NCBI GenBank assembly: GCA_019358935.1
Contig: JAHHIK010000018.1
Location: forward strand, 1-64,000
Reading direction: 5' to 3'
Length of the DNA: 64,000 bases
DNA from: Tolypothrix carrinoi HA7290-LM1
GTDB taxonomy: Bacteria > Cyanobacteriota > Cyanobacteriia > Cyanobacteriales > Nostocaceae
Positions 9,380-19,466 of the stretch are shown in pieces; the first letter of the stretch is position 1; the number at the start of each line of letters is the position of its first letter. The position numbers and the translations under genes were made by a program. A model generated the notes under the pieces. That model did not search any database. It was not told where the DNA came from and worked only from the letters and a program-made list of their open reading frames with translations.

Positions 9380-10780
9380 ATGATAACTTTGCCAAACTTG
9401 GACTGTGCACATACCAATATCCAGCAAGAAAACCAAGAATTAAACGTCTCTGCGGCTGATTACAGTTTGCTGACTGACCTCTACCAGCTAACAATGGCAG
9501 CTTGTTACACAGGTGAAGGTGTAGAACAATCATCGGCAAGCTTTGAATTGTCTGTGAGACGCTTACCTGAGAATTTTGGTTATTTAATTGCGATGGGTTT
9601 AGCGCAAGCGTTGGAATATTTAGAAAAATTCCGCTTTAGTTCCTCTCAAGTAGCGGCTTTGCAAGCGACGGGAATTTTTGAAGGTGCAAGCGATCGCTTT
9701 TGGTCATTGCTGCTTGAAGGACGTTTTACCGGCGATGTCTGGGCAGTGCCAGAAGGTACAGCGGTATTTGCGAATGAACCGTTGTTACGTGTAGAAGCAC
9801 CGCTGTGGCAAGCACAGCTAGTAGAAACTTATTTGTTAAATACCATTAATTATCAAACATTAATTGCCACAAAAGCCGCACGGATTCGCGATGTCGCAGG
9901 CGAGAAAGCCACCTTACTAGAATTTGGTACAAGACGGGCATTTAGTCCCCAAGCCTCTTTGTGGGCAGCGCGGGCAGCGTTAGCGGGTGGATTAGACGCT
10001 ACATCCAATGTGTTAGCAGCGCTACAACTAAGACAAAAGCCAAGTGGTACAATGGCTCACGCCTTAGTCATGGCTTTATCGGCAATGGCAGGTAGTGAAG
10101 AACAAGCATTTACAGCATTTCATCGATATTTTCCGGGTGCGTCATTGTTAATTGATACTTATGATACAATCGCTGCTGCCAAAAAGTTAGCTGAAAAAGT
10201 CAACTCAGGGGAAATGAAATTAGCAGGAGTTCGGTTAGATTCTGGGGATTTAGTTAACTTATCAAAAGAAGTGCGATCGCTTCTTCCTGATGTGTCAATT
10301 TTCGCTAGTGGCGACTTAGATGAGTGGGAAATTGCTAAACTCAAAGCAGCTGGTGCCCAAATTGACGGTTATGGATTGGGAACGCGACTAGTTACCGGTT
10401 CGCCGATAAACGGAGTTTATAAACTAGTAGAAATTGATGGTATCCCTGTCATGAAAGAGTCTAGCGGTAAAATCACTTATCCAGGGCGAAAGCAGATTTT
10501 TCGCACTTTAAATGAAGGTAAAATCAAAGGCGATCGCTTGGGATTAGCAACGGAAAGCACTAGTACAGAACAACCTTTATTGCAATTAATGGTTAAAGAC
10601 GGTAAACGAATACAAGCCTCAGAAACTTTAGCAGAAATTCGCCAACGCAGCGCAGCTTCAGTCGCGAGTTTACCTGAAGAAACCAGACAGCTAAATCATC
10701 CTGTTTCCGTACAAGTAGAAATTTCCGCCGAGTTAGAAAAACTCACCCAGCAGACGCAAAGACTAGGGATTGGGGACTAG
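9380..10780 (+). CDS. pncB: Nicotinate phosphoribosyltransferase
   Basis: LLTDLYQLTM, EFGTRR, GTMAH, LIDTYDT and VRLDSGD motifs. Confidence 0.95.
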   Translation: MITLPNLDCAHTNIQQENQELNVSAADYSLLTDLYQLTMAACYTGEGVEQSSASFELSVRRLPENFGYLIAMGLAQALEYLEKFRFSSSQVAALQATGIFEGASDRFWSLLLEGRFTGDVWAVPEGTAVFANEPLLRVEAPLWQAQLVETYLLNTINYQTLIATKAARIRDVAGEKATLLEFGTRRAFSPQASLWAARAALAGGLDATSNVLAALQLRQKPSGTMAHALVMALSAMAGSEEQAFTAFHRYFPGASLLIDTYDTIAAAKKLAEKVNSGEMKLAGVRLDSGDLVNLSKEVRSLLPDVSIFASGDLDEWEIAKLKAAGAQIDGYGLGTRLVTGSPINGVYKLVEIDGIPVMKESSGKITYPGRKQIFRTLNEGKIKGDRLGLATESTSTEQPLLQLMVKDGKRIQASETLAEIRQRSAASVASLPEETRQLNHPVSVQVEISAELEKLTQQTQRLGIGD

Positions 10781-10920
10781 GGGACAAGGGGGACAAGGAG
10801 GACAAGGAGGACAAGGAGGACAAGGAGATAATTTTTTCTCTCGATTCCCCATTACCCATTACCCATTACCCATTCTCAATGCCCAATTCTTAATCCAAAA
10901 TCCAAAATCTAAAATCCAAA

Positions 10921-11523
10921 ATGTTGAAGATTGCTTTATTTGGTACAAGTGCCGATCCACCAACTGCGGGACATCAAACAATTTTAACTTGGTTATCTGA
11001 ACATTACGATCGCGTGGTAGTTTGGGCAGCAAATAATCCCTTTAAATCGCATCAAACACCTTTAGAACATCGGGTTGCGATGCTACGATTATTAATTGCG
11101 GATATGAATACACCACAGCGCAACGTTGTTTTAGAACAAGAATTAAGTAGCTTTAGAACACTAGAAACAGTAGAAAAAGCGAAACTCAGCGTAGGTGAAG
11201 ACGTAGAATTAACATTAGTTATCGGTTCAGATTTGCTGAATCAACTGCCGCGTTGGTATCGAATTGAAGATTTGTTGCGACAAGTACAATTACTAGTAGT
11301 GCCGCGACCGGGATATGCGATAGATGAGTCTAGTTTGTCAGGGGTGCTTCATCTGGGAGGAAAAATTGCGATCGCTAACCTCATCGCGTTGGATGTTTCC
11401 TCAACAGCGTATCGTGAAAATAAAGATCCTAAAACATTAACTCCCCCTGTTGTTAACTATATTCAACAAAAGCATTTGTACGAATGCCAGGACACAAGCA
11501 AAAAAAAATTCCAAATCTGTTAA
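10921..11523 (+). CDS. nadD: Nicotinate-nucleotide adenylyltransferase
   Basis: FGTSADPPTAGH, VIGSD and VSST motifs; NAD operon context. Confidence 0.92.
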   Translation: MLKIALFGTSADPPTAGHQTILTWLSEHYDRVVVWAANNPFKSHQTPLEHRVAMLRLLIADMNTPQRNVVLEQELSSFRTLETVEKAKLSVGEDVELTLVIGSDLLNQLPRWYRIEDLLRQVQLLVVPRPGYAIDESSLSGVLHLGGKIAIANLIALDVSSTAYRENKDPKTLTPPVVNYIQQKHLYECQDTSKKKFQIC

Positions 11524-12230
11524 ATCAACAACCTTTGGCTGATTTCAAAGTTGGTGTCGATAATGTAATTTTTTCTGTAGATACCGCGCAGAATCGGCTA
11601 CTAGTTTTATTAATAATGCGACAGCAAGAGCCATTTTTAAATCAATGGAGTCTTCCCGGTACTTTAGTACGTCAAGGAGAATCTTTAGAAGATGCCGCTT
11701 ATCGCATCATGTCGGAGAAAATTAAAGTTAACAATCTCTATTTAGAGCAATTGTATACCTTTGGCGGACCCAATCGCGATCCACGCGAAGCGATCGATAG
11801 CTTTGGTGTCCGCTATCTATCAGTTAGCTACTTTGCCCTTGTCCGCTTTGAAGAAGCCGAATTAATTGCCGATAAAGTAACTGGTATAGCTTGGTATCCC
11901 GTGAAGCAAGTACCGCAATTAGCCTTTGACCATAACGAAGTTTTAGCGTATGGACACAGGCGATTGCGAAATAAACTAGAGTATAGTCCGGTAGCTTTTG
12001 AAGTCTTACCAGAAACATTTACTTTAAATGATTTGTATCAGTTATATACTACAGTTTTAGGAGATAATTTTGCCGATTATTCTAATTTTCGAGCGCGTCT
12101 ACTCAAACTAGGTTTTTTATCCGATACTGGAATTAAAGTATCACGCGGCGCAGGTCGTCCAGCTAGTTTGTATAAGTTTGATGCCGAAGCATTTGCCCCA
12201 TTCAAAGATAAACCTTTGGTCTTTATTTAA
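11484..12230 (+). CDS. nrtR: NrtR Nudix-related transcriptional regulator
   Basis: Nudix-like WSLPG..E.LE.AA.R, RDPR and LAFDH, plus wHTH FTL..L..Y...NFR...GRPASLY. Confidence 0.9.
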   Translation: MPGHKQKKIPNLLNQQPLADFKVGVDNVIFSVDTAQNRLLVLLIMRQQEPFLNQWSLPGTLVRQGESLEDAAYRIMSEKIKVNNLYLEQLYTFGGPNRDPREAIDSFGVRYLSVSYFALVRFEEAELIADKVTGIAWYPVKQVPQLAFDHNEVLAYGHRRLRNKLEYSPVAFEVLPETFTLNDLYQLYTTVLGDNFADYSNFRARLLKLGFLSDTGIKVSRGAGRPASLYKFDAEAFAPFKDKPLVFI

Positions 12231-12260
12231 CAACCGTAAAGATGCCAAGGACGCAAAGTT

Positions 12261-12599
12261 ATGAAATCACCGGATGAGTGTTTCAATATTCAAGAGATTC
12301 GCGATTGTATTGATGAAATTGATAAGCAAGTTATCTCTGATTTAAGCAAAAGATTTGCATATGTGAAAGCAGCGGCTAAGTTCAAAAACAGTGAAACAAA
12401 TGTAAAAGCCCCAGACAGATTTAATTCTATGTTGCAGTCACGACGTGTGTGGGCTGAAGAAGTAGGCTTAAATCCAGATGTAATTGAAAAGCTATATCGA
12501 GATTTGGTTAGTTATTTCATAGATGAAGAATTAAAACATTGGCAGTCAAATAAAAAACCGGAAGAATCAAGTTTAGAAAATCCCAAATCTAAAATCTAA
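12261..12599 (+). CDS. pchB: Isochorismate pyruvate-lyase / AroQ chorismate mutase family protein
   Basis: MKSPDEC..IQEIR..ID.ID, RFAYVKAAAKFK, APDRF..ML..RR.WA and FI.EE. Confidence 0.85.
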   Translation: MKSPDECFNIQEIRDCIDEIDKQVISDLSKRFAYVKAAAKFKNSETNVKAPDRFNSMLQSRRVWAEEVGLNPDVIEKLYRDLVSYFIDEELKHWQSNKKPEESSLENPKSKI

Positions 12600-12607
12600 A
12601 ATCCAAA

Positions 12608-14353
12608 ATGAAGATTGCGATCGCTCAAATTAATCCGACAATTGGTGACTTACCAGGAAACGCTACCAAAATTCTCTATGCAGCACAACAAGCAGCCGCA
12701 GCAGGTGCGCGTTTACTACTAACACCAGAACTTTCTTTATGTGGCTATCCACCGAGGGATTTATTGTTAAATCCTAGTTTTGTGGAGGCAATGCGTATAA
12801 CTTTGCAACAATTAGTTAAAGATTTGCCGCCAAATTTAGCTGTGTTGGTGGGGACAGTCGAAAAAAATTCTCAGGCACACAATAATGGTGAAAAAGCTTT
12901 ATATAACAGCATGGCGTTGTTAGATGAAGGTATCAAACAAATTTTTCATAAGCGACTTTTACCAACTTATGACGTATTTGATGAAAGTCGCTACTTTGAA
13001 CCAGGTTTACAAGCCAATTATTTCACCTTAGATGATATTGATATTGGCGTAACTATTTGCGAAGATTTGTGGAATGATGAGGAATTTTGGGGTAAACGTA
13101 GTTACACCAACAATCCGATTGCTGACTTAGCAATTTTGGGTGTAGATTTCGTTGTAAATTTATCTGCATCGCCCTACAGCGTTAATAAACAGCAGTTTCG
13201 AGAAACGATGTTGCGACATAGTGCCATTCGTTTTCAACAACCGATTATTTACGCCAATCAAGTAGGTGGAAATGATGATTTAATTTTCGACGGCAGAAGT
13301 TTTGCTTTGAATAGTCGGGGTGACTTGATATGTCGTGCCCGTGGATTTGAAAGCGATTTAGTAATAGTTGAATTTGACGAAGTACGGCGAGATTTACTAC
13401 AAAGTTCTGTAGTAGCTGAATATGAAAGTGAAGATGAAGAAATTTGGCACGCTTTAGTTTTGGGAGTGCGAGATTATGCTCAAAAGTGCCGCTTTTCTCA
13501 AGTAGTATTGGGTTTAAGTGGAGGAATTGATTCTTCATTAGTCGCAGCGATCGCTACTGCCGCACTTGGTAAAGAAAATGTCTTCGGTGTGCTGATGCCT
13601 TCACCCTACAGTTCCGAACATTCTATCAGCGATGCTTTAGCGTTGAGCAAAAGCCTGGGAATCAAGACTACCACATTACCCATCGGGCAGTTAATGCAAG
13701 GCTATGACAACACCTTAGCAGACTTGTTTGCTGGCACGCAATTTGGGCTAGCCGAGGAGAATATTCAATCCCGGATTCGAGGTAATTTATTGATGGCGAT
13801 CGCCAACAAATTCGGCTATCTCCTCGTATCTACCGGCAACAAATCAGAAATGGCAGTTGGTTACTGCACCCTTTACGGTGATATGAATGGCGGATTAGCA
13901 GTAATTGCCGACGTTCCCAAAACCCGCGTGTATTCAATTTGCCACTGGCTTAATCAGCACTCCCCATTCCCGTACAGACGTTCCAGTGGAACGTCTCTAC
14001 CCCACTCCCCAATCCCCGAAAACGTCCTCACCAAAGCACCCAGCGCAGAACTCAAACCAGGTCAAGTCGATCAAGACTCCCTACCACCTTACGAGATATT
14101 AGACGACATTCTGCAACGCCTGATTTACAACCATCAATCAGCCGCACAAATTGTTGACGCCGGTCACGACGCACAAATTGTAGACCGAGTAATTCAGATG
14201 GTAGCGCGTGCCGAATTTAAGCGACGACAAGCACCCCCCGGCTTAAAAATCACCGATCGCGCCTTCGGTACTGGTTGGCGAATGCCGATCGCCAGCAATT
14301 GGTTTTCAGTTAAAAACGCCTACCAGAGTAAAACAATCCCCATACATAAGTAA
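12608..14353 (+). CDS. nadE: Glutamine-dependent NAD+ synthetase
   Basis: Nitrilase domain (PEL, KRLLP, ICED) plus synthetase motifs LGLSGGIDS, ENIQSR and KRRQAPPG. Confidence 0.95.
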   Translation: MKIAIAQINPTIGDLPGNATKILYAAQQAAAAGARLLLTPELSLCGYPPRDLLLNPSFVEAMRITLQQLVKDLPPNLAVLVGTVEKNSQAHNNGEKALYNSMALLDEGIKQIFHKRLLPTYDVFDESRYFEPGLQANYFTLDDIDIGVTICEDLWNDEEFWGKRSYTNNPIADLAILGVDFVVNLSASPYSVNKQQFRETMLRHSAIRFQQPIIYANQVGGNDDLIFDGRSFALNSRGDLICRARGFESDLVIVEFDEVRRDLLQSSVVAEYESEDEEIWHALVLGVRDYAQKCRFSQVVLGLSGGIDSSLVAAIATAALGKENVFGVLMPSPYSSEHSISDALALSKSLGIKTTTLPIGQLMQGYDNTLADLFAGTQFGLAEENIQSRIRGNLLMAIANKFGYLLVSTGNKSEMAVGYCTLYGDMNGGLAVIADVPKTRVYSICHWLNQHSPFPYRRSSGTSLPHSPIPENVLTKAPSAELKPGQVDQDSLPPYEILDDILQRLIYNHQSAAQIVDAGHDAQIVDRVIQMVARAEFKRRQAPPGLKITDRAFGTGWRMPIASNWFSVKNAYQSKTIPIHK

Positions 14354-14378
14354 GCACGCATAAATAATCTTTATTTTG

Positions 14379-14406
14379 GTGCAAGTGTCCTTTCATACAC
14401 TTGCAC
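14379..14406. terminator. Hairpin after nadE
   Basis: GTGCAAGTGT-N8-ACACTTGCAC perfect 10-bp stem. Confidence 0.55.
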
Positions 14407-14480
14407 ATGTTTATAACTGCGTACTAAGCACTTTAGTGCTTAAAAAAATCCTCTGTTTGGTCAAAATTTTCCTGTGTTGC

Positions 14481-14536
14481 TTGACAAAAGTGGAAAAATA
14501 TGAGTTAATTTATATAGTACATAAATACTATATAAA
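14481..14536 (+). promoter_or_regulatory. TTGACA promoter followed by a 28-bp operator-like palindrome
   Basis: TTGACA at 14481-14486; TTTATATAGTA-CATAAA-TACTATATAAA at 14509-14536. Confidence 0.6.
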
Positions 14537-14611
14537 CAAACCGAGGAAAATCCACCTCAAATGAAGCTTTTCTTACCTACGCAGATATTCTGCAATTTTC
14601 GAGTTTGCTAA

Positions 14612-14702
14612 TAGACATCTCCAGAAATTAAATATGCGTCATTCAGAACCCTTGTAGAGACGCGATATATCGCGTCTCTACATTGTTTGTCGGAGATGTC
14701 TA
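14612..14702. mobile_element. MITE-like element (TAGACATCTCC...GGAGATGTCTA) with internal REP-like hairpin
   Basis: 11-bp terminal inverted repeats; internal GTAGAGACGCGATATATCGCGTCTCTAC palindrome. Confidence 0.7.
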
Positions 14703-14993
14703 ATAATGTTTTTTTGGCAAATCAGCCAGAAACATCTAAAAAAGCAAGCATCTCAGTTTTTAAAACCAAAATCATCACCTATTAACTAGTTTGAAATCAA
14801 CCTGATTGCAAACATAGCTGTAACTTTCTTTTTTCAGCAAAAAATCGCCTAGCCTAAATCGTGGAATTAGATTTTCAGTAATTCTACGGCGTTAAAAACG
14901 TTCATTTAAAGGCTAGCTTGATGTCTGCATACAAAAAGTCTAACTTCAGCTTGCAAAAAAAAGTACACAATTGCACATTTAAAGGAGTAGAGT

Positions 14994-15971
14994 ATGAGCA
15001 TAGCAGTCAAAGACAGCAAACAACAACTAATGCAAGCATTTCAGCAAATAATTGCTGATAGGAAAAAATTAGAATCTAAAATAGCAACCAAACAAGAAGA
15101 AGCAGAAAAAGCGAAAAATAAAGAAACACTCGAAGCAGCTTCTACCTACACAGTTGATAATATTGTCAAAGGTTTAGCTGATTTGCAATTAGAGTTTGGC
15201 AGCATCGTCAATGAACTTTCGGAAAAGTTAGCTAGACAGAACTCTAAGTTAGATGAACTGAATCGGGCAAGAGAAATTGCCAGCCAAAATTTGGAAGAAC
15301 TTCAGCAAATTAGAATTGTTGCCGATGCTTTAGATATCTTAACTCAAGAACACCGAGAAAAGTTAAAAGCCCTTGAAGAAGATATTGCCAGCAAGCGAGA
15401 AACACTAGAAAAAGAAATTGCCCAAAAGCGTAAAGAATGGCAAAAAGAGCAAGCAGAGTATGAAGAAGCACTACAAGCATACAACGAATCATTAGCCAAA
15501 CAACGCTCTTTAGAAACAGACGAATATCAATATAAGTTAGAAACTACTCGCAAACTTAACACAAACGCTTACGAAGCGAGAAAGCGCAACTCAGAAAGAG
15601 AAATACAAGAAACTACGCAACAAAAAGAAAAAGATTGGGCAGAACGAGAAAAAATTCTCAAGCAACGTCAACCTTTATTTACAGAATATCAACAACAAGT
15701 CGCAGCCTTTCCTAACGAAATGGAAGAAGCAATTAAGAAAGCTAGAGAAGAAGCAATTAAAGACACAAGTCAAAAAGCAAAAGTAGAGGCTGATTTATTT
15801 GAAAAAGATTGGGAATCCACCAAACAAAGCTATGAAGCGAAAATTCAATCTTTGGAACAAACAATTCAAAAGCAAGTTGAGCAAATAGAAGGTATTTCCG
15901 CTCAACTACAAACTGCATTGAAACAAGCACAAGACTTGGCAATGAGAGCTTTCGACGGTTCAGCAAAGTAG
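14994..15971 (+). CDS. Long coiled-coil protein (E/K/Q-rich), paralogue A
   Basis: Clean 325-aa ORF with AAGGAG RBS; C-terminal AQDLAMRAF motif related to the next gene. Confidence 0.85.
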   Translation: MSIAVKDSKQQLMQAFQQIIADRKKLESKIATKQEEAEKAKNKETLEAASTYTVDNIVKGLADLQLEFGSIVNELSEKLARQNSKLDELNRAREIASQNLEELQQIRIVADALDILTQEHREKLKALEEDIASKRETLEKEIAQKRKEWQKEQAEYEEALQAYNESLAKQRSLETDEYQYKLETTRKLNTNAYEARKRNSEREIQETTQQKEKDWAEREKILKQRQPLFTEYQQQVAAFPNEMEEAIKKAREEAIKDTSQKAKVEADLFEKDWESTKQSYEAKIQSLEQTIQKQVEQIEGISAQLQTALKQAQDLAMRAFDGSAK

Positions 15972-16040
15972 TTTGTAGTTGATTTGGTGAGCAATGCCCA
16001 CTAAACATGATTTTTATTTTTGAATTAATCGAGGTTTGTT

Positions 16041-17117
16041 ATGGCAGCTAGAAAACCAAATGATAAAAACACCAAAGTAGAAATTCTTCAAGCATATGAA
16101 GAATTAGCCAAAGAGAAAGCAGCACTCAAATCACAAATTGATCAACTACAGAAAGGCAGTCAATCTGCCACAGTAGAAAAACCTAAATTGGAACCAAAAG
16201 CTATGAACCAGTCATCTACCGTCCAGCAAAAGATGAATTCTACGATTGAAAACTTGGCAAAAATTCAGTTGGGCTTTGGTAGTGCTGCCAGCGAATTGTC
16301 TGAACAACTCAGCAACCAAGCTTTCAAATTAGCAGAAATCAGAGAAGCCATAGATAAAGAAGTTGAAGAATTAAAGCAGTTACATAATTTGGAAATTTCC
16401 GAAGATATATTAGATACGCTTGTCAAATCTTATGAAGATAATGCAAAGGCTTATCAAGAGGAATTTAGCCAGCGTTATGAAGAGTTATCCCAAGAAATTT
16501 TAGAAGAAAGAAATACTTGGAGTAAAGAGCAAGACGAATACAAAGTAACGACAAAAGAACGCAATGAAAACATTCATAAAACTCGCCAAAGAGAAACGGC
16601 AGAATATAAGTATGATTTAGAACTGCAACGCAAACTAGAGACAGATGAATATGAACAACGGCAGAAAGATTTGTATAAAGAGTTGGAAGAGATACAACAA
16701 GAAATAAATAAACAGTGGAGTGAAAAAGAGAAAGAAGTTTCTGAGCGAGAAAAGCAATTTGAAGAAGCCAAAGCTAAGGTAGAAGCATTTCCTAAAGAAA
16801 AAGAAGCGGCAATTAAGAAAGCGACAGAAGAAGGCAAAGGTATTGCTCACTACCAAGCTAAGATAAAATCCGATTTATACGCCAAAGACGTAGAAGGACA
16901 AAAACGTTTTTACGAACAAAGACTGCAATCTTTAGAACAGACAATATCCAATCAAGATTCTCGAATTATAAATCTAGCAAAACAACTTGACTCTGCTCTC
17001 AAACAAGTTCAAGATTTGGCAGTTAAAGCTATTGAAGGTTCGGCAAATGTCAATTCATATCAAGCGATAAAAGAAATTGCTTTGGAACAAGCAAAAACTC
17101 AAGCGAAAAATAAATAG
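16041..17117 (+). CDS. Long coiled-coil protein, paralogue B
   Basis: 358 aa with GAGG RBS; shares LQLxFG, YxYxLE, VxAFP and QDLAxxA motifs with the preceding gene. Confidence 0.85.
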   Translation: MAARKPNDKNTKVEILQAYEELAKEKAALKSQIDQLQKGSQSATVEKPKLEPKAMNQSSTVQQKMNSTIENLAKIQLGFGSAASELSEQLSNQAFKLAEIREAIDKEVEELKQLHNLEISEDILDTLVKSYEDNAKAYQEEFSQRYEELSQEILEERNTWSKEQDEYKVTTKERNENIHKTRQRETAEYKYDLELQRKLETDEYEQRQKDLYKELEEIQQEINKQWSEKEKEVSEREKQFEEAKAKVEAFPKEKEAAIKKATEEGKGIAHYQAKIKSDLYAKDVEGQKRFYEQRLQSLEQTISNQDSRIINLAKQLDSALKQVQDLAVKAIEGSANVNSYQAIKEIALEQAKTQAKNK

Positions 17118-17135
17118 TTTGATTTTAACCTAGAT

Positions 17136-17174
17136 TTATAAACTAGTAAAAACGTGATTTTTACTAGTTTATAA
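17136..17174. terminator. Hairpin after the coiled-coil pair
   Basis: TTATAAACTAGTAAAA...TTTTACTAGTTTATAA inverted repeat. Confidence 0.6.
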
Positions 17175-17656
17175 CTTTAATAATCTCGTAGTGAGGACTT
17201 TAGTCCTCAAATGAAAGGACTGAAGTCCTTACTACTTGTTTAAAAAAGAAAATAGAGACGCATTTATTTTTACGTCTCTACCCAGAGGAAACCCATAATA
17301 TTTAAAAGTTAAAAAATAAAAAATTACAACATAAATTTCTCTGCAAGCGACTTGATAGATATTACTCAAGTTCAATGCAGGCTGAATTATAGTGTTTCAT
17401 CCAGCTTTTTTGCCTGCGGTTTGGTGTCAATTTGGTTGTTGGCTAGGAATCTAGTGGCACCATTCTCAGTTTTTATTGGTTTGCCTTTATTAGGTGGTTT
17501 TAGACGAGTCATAACAAGATATCCGATTGTGAACTCTCTACTACTTGGGATACAAGTCCGAAAGTTGCTAATCCGGAAATATAGAAAAAAAAATCGGCTT
17601 GTAGCCGATAAAAAAGATTAAATTGTCTGTATTGCTTGCAAACAGCGGATTTCATA

Positions 17657-18430
17657 TCACGCAAAGGCAGAAAAATCTAGATTGGGGGGAATATCTTGAA
17701 TACGTCCAGGACCGATCGCTTGTAATGCTTCTTTCAAAGAAATATCACCAGTATACAACGCCTTCCCGACAATCACACCAGTTACACCTTGAGCTTCTAA
17801 CGCAAGCAAACTTAACAAATCTGTTACAGAACTAACGCCACCAGAAGCGATAATCGGGATAGAGATAGCACCGGCAAGTTCTCGCAAAGCGTCTAAATTC
17901 GGTCCTGACAAAGTTCCGTCACGGTGGATATCTGTGTAGATAATCGCTGCTGCTCCTAATTCTTGCATTTGTACGGCTAGCTGCGTAGCTAAAACTTCTG
18001 AAGTTTCTAACCAACCACGAGTTGCTACTAATCCGTTACGTGCATCAATACCAATAATAATTTGTTCGGGAAATTCTTGGCAGAGTTCTTGTACTAACTC
18101 AGGTTGTTCTACAGCGATGGTTCCCAAAATTGCCCGCTGCACACCTATATTGAATAATTGTTGCACTTCGGAGCGATCGCGCAAACCCCCACCAACTTGA
18201 ATTGGCACCGATACTGTAGAGGCGATCGCTTCAATTGCCCCTAGATTAACTATCTTACCTGCTTTTGCGCCATCCAAATCAACAACGTGCAATTTACTTG
18301 CACCTTCATCAACCCACTGTTTAGCAACATCAGCCGGATTTTCATTAAAAACTTGCGACTGTGAATAGTCTCCTTGATAAAGTCGTACACAACGACCTTC
18401 TAGTAAATCAATCGCGGGAATTACATCCAT
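17657..18430 (-). CDS. hisA: ProFAR isomerase (histidine biosynthesis)
   Basis: [26 protein letters not shown] and TDI.RDG motifs. Confidence 0.97.
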   Translation of the reverse strand: MDVIPAIDLLEGRCVRLYQGDYSQSQVFNENPADVAKQWVDEGASKLHVVDLDGAKAGKIVNLGAIEAIASTVSVPIQVGGGLRDRSEVQQLFNIGVQRAILGTIAVEQPELVQELCQEFPEQIIIGIDARNGLVATRGWLETSEVLATQLAVQMQELGAAAIIYTDIHRDGTLSGPNLDALRELAGAISIPIIASGGVSSVTDLLSLLALEAQGVTGVIVGKALYTGDISLKEALQAIGPGRIQDIPPNLDFSAFA

Positions 18431-18431
18431 A

Positions 18432-18700
18432 ATTGTTGGTTGTTAGTTGTTAGTGGTTAGTTGTTGGTTGTTGGTTGTTAGTTGTTAGTTGTTAGTGGTT
18501 AGTTGTTAGTTGTTGGTTGTTGGTTGTTGGTTGTTAGTTGTTGGTTGTTGGTTGTTGGTTGTTGGTTGTTGGTTGTTGGGCATTAGGCATTGGGGAAGAA
18601 ATTCCTCCTTGTCCCCCTTGTCCCCCTTGTCCCCTTGTCCCCTTGTCCCCCTTGTCCCCCTTGTCCCCCTTGTCCCCATTCCCCATTCCCCATTCCCTAC
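18432..18700. repeat. STRR heptamer array followed by TTGTCCCC(C) 8/9-mer array
   Basis: Visible tandem units. Confidence 0.9.
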
Positions 18701-18987
18701 TCCCTACTCTCTCTCATAACAGCTTGCCGAAAACCCAACACAATCAATATATTAGAAAGCGTTAAAAAAACTTCTGCACCCCCGTGTAGCCAATCAACAT
18801 TTGCTAAAGATTTACCATAATGCACTTGGGCATAAATCCCTACCGGAATCGTTACTCCGACAAAGACCAAAGTGCCGTAAAATCCATAAAGTGCCAAACG
18901 TGGCATTTGCTGAGAACGTCTAATAAACCACAAGAACCCTAAGTAGGGAAACAGTGATAGGGCAAATAAAGTTTCTTTTGAAATCAT
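18697..18987 (-). CDS. DUF3593 family membrane protein
   Basis: LFALSLFPYLGFL...LANVDWLHGGAE; usual partner of DUF2499. Confidence 0.85.
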   Translation of the reverse strand: MISKETLFALSLFPYLGFLWFIRRSQQMPRLALYGFYGTLVFVGVTIPVGIYAQVHYGKSLANVDWLHGGAEVFLTLSNILIVLGFRQAVMRESRE

Positions 18988-19050
18988 AGATTTGAGGAGT
19001 TAGGAGTTGTAGAGACGTTCCGCTGGAACGTCTGTACGAAAGTTAAGAAA

Positions 19051-19395
19051 TCATAACTTTGATGTCATAGTTTCTTGAGAATCTGTTTCTACAGGTTTTT
19101 CCGATTTGGTGGAACGCCAAATCAACACCGCAGCTGCCCAAAGTGTAAAATTACCAATTAAAGTCATGGCAGCTTGCAGCGTTACCAACCATTCTAAAGA
19201 TTCGGCATTATCGAAATAATGCCAGGTGCAAGCACACATGGCGCTAATCAAAGCTGGTAACATGGCAAAAGACAATGCTCCCCAAGTACGATTGCCAGTA
19301 ACTTCACCGTAAGTCCAGATTAACCAAATCGCGGCAATCCACTCAATAACGCTAGAAATATGAATAATCCAGGTGGGAATTGAAAGAGCGTGCAT
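19051..19395 (-). CDS. DUF2499 / Ycf49-like protein
   Basis: MHALSIPTWIIHISSVIEW...CACTWH. Confidence 0.88.
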   Translation of the reverse strand: MHALSIPTWIIHISSVIEWIAAIWLIWTYGEVTGNRTWGALSFAMLPALISAMCACTWHYFDNAESLEWLVTLQAAMTLIGNFTLWAAAVLIWRSTKSEKPVETDSQETMTSKL

Positions 19396-19466
19396 ATAGT
19401 TAAAAATTAGAAGTTGTAGAGACGCGATGAATCGCGTCTATGCGTCTATAGAAGGTAAAATCCAAA

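Noticed and set aside
17387..17512. 41-aa minus-strand ORF (MTRLKPPNKG...) downstream of hisA
   Set aside because: No recognisable motif or clear RBS; cannot be supported without a conservation search
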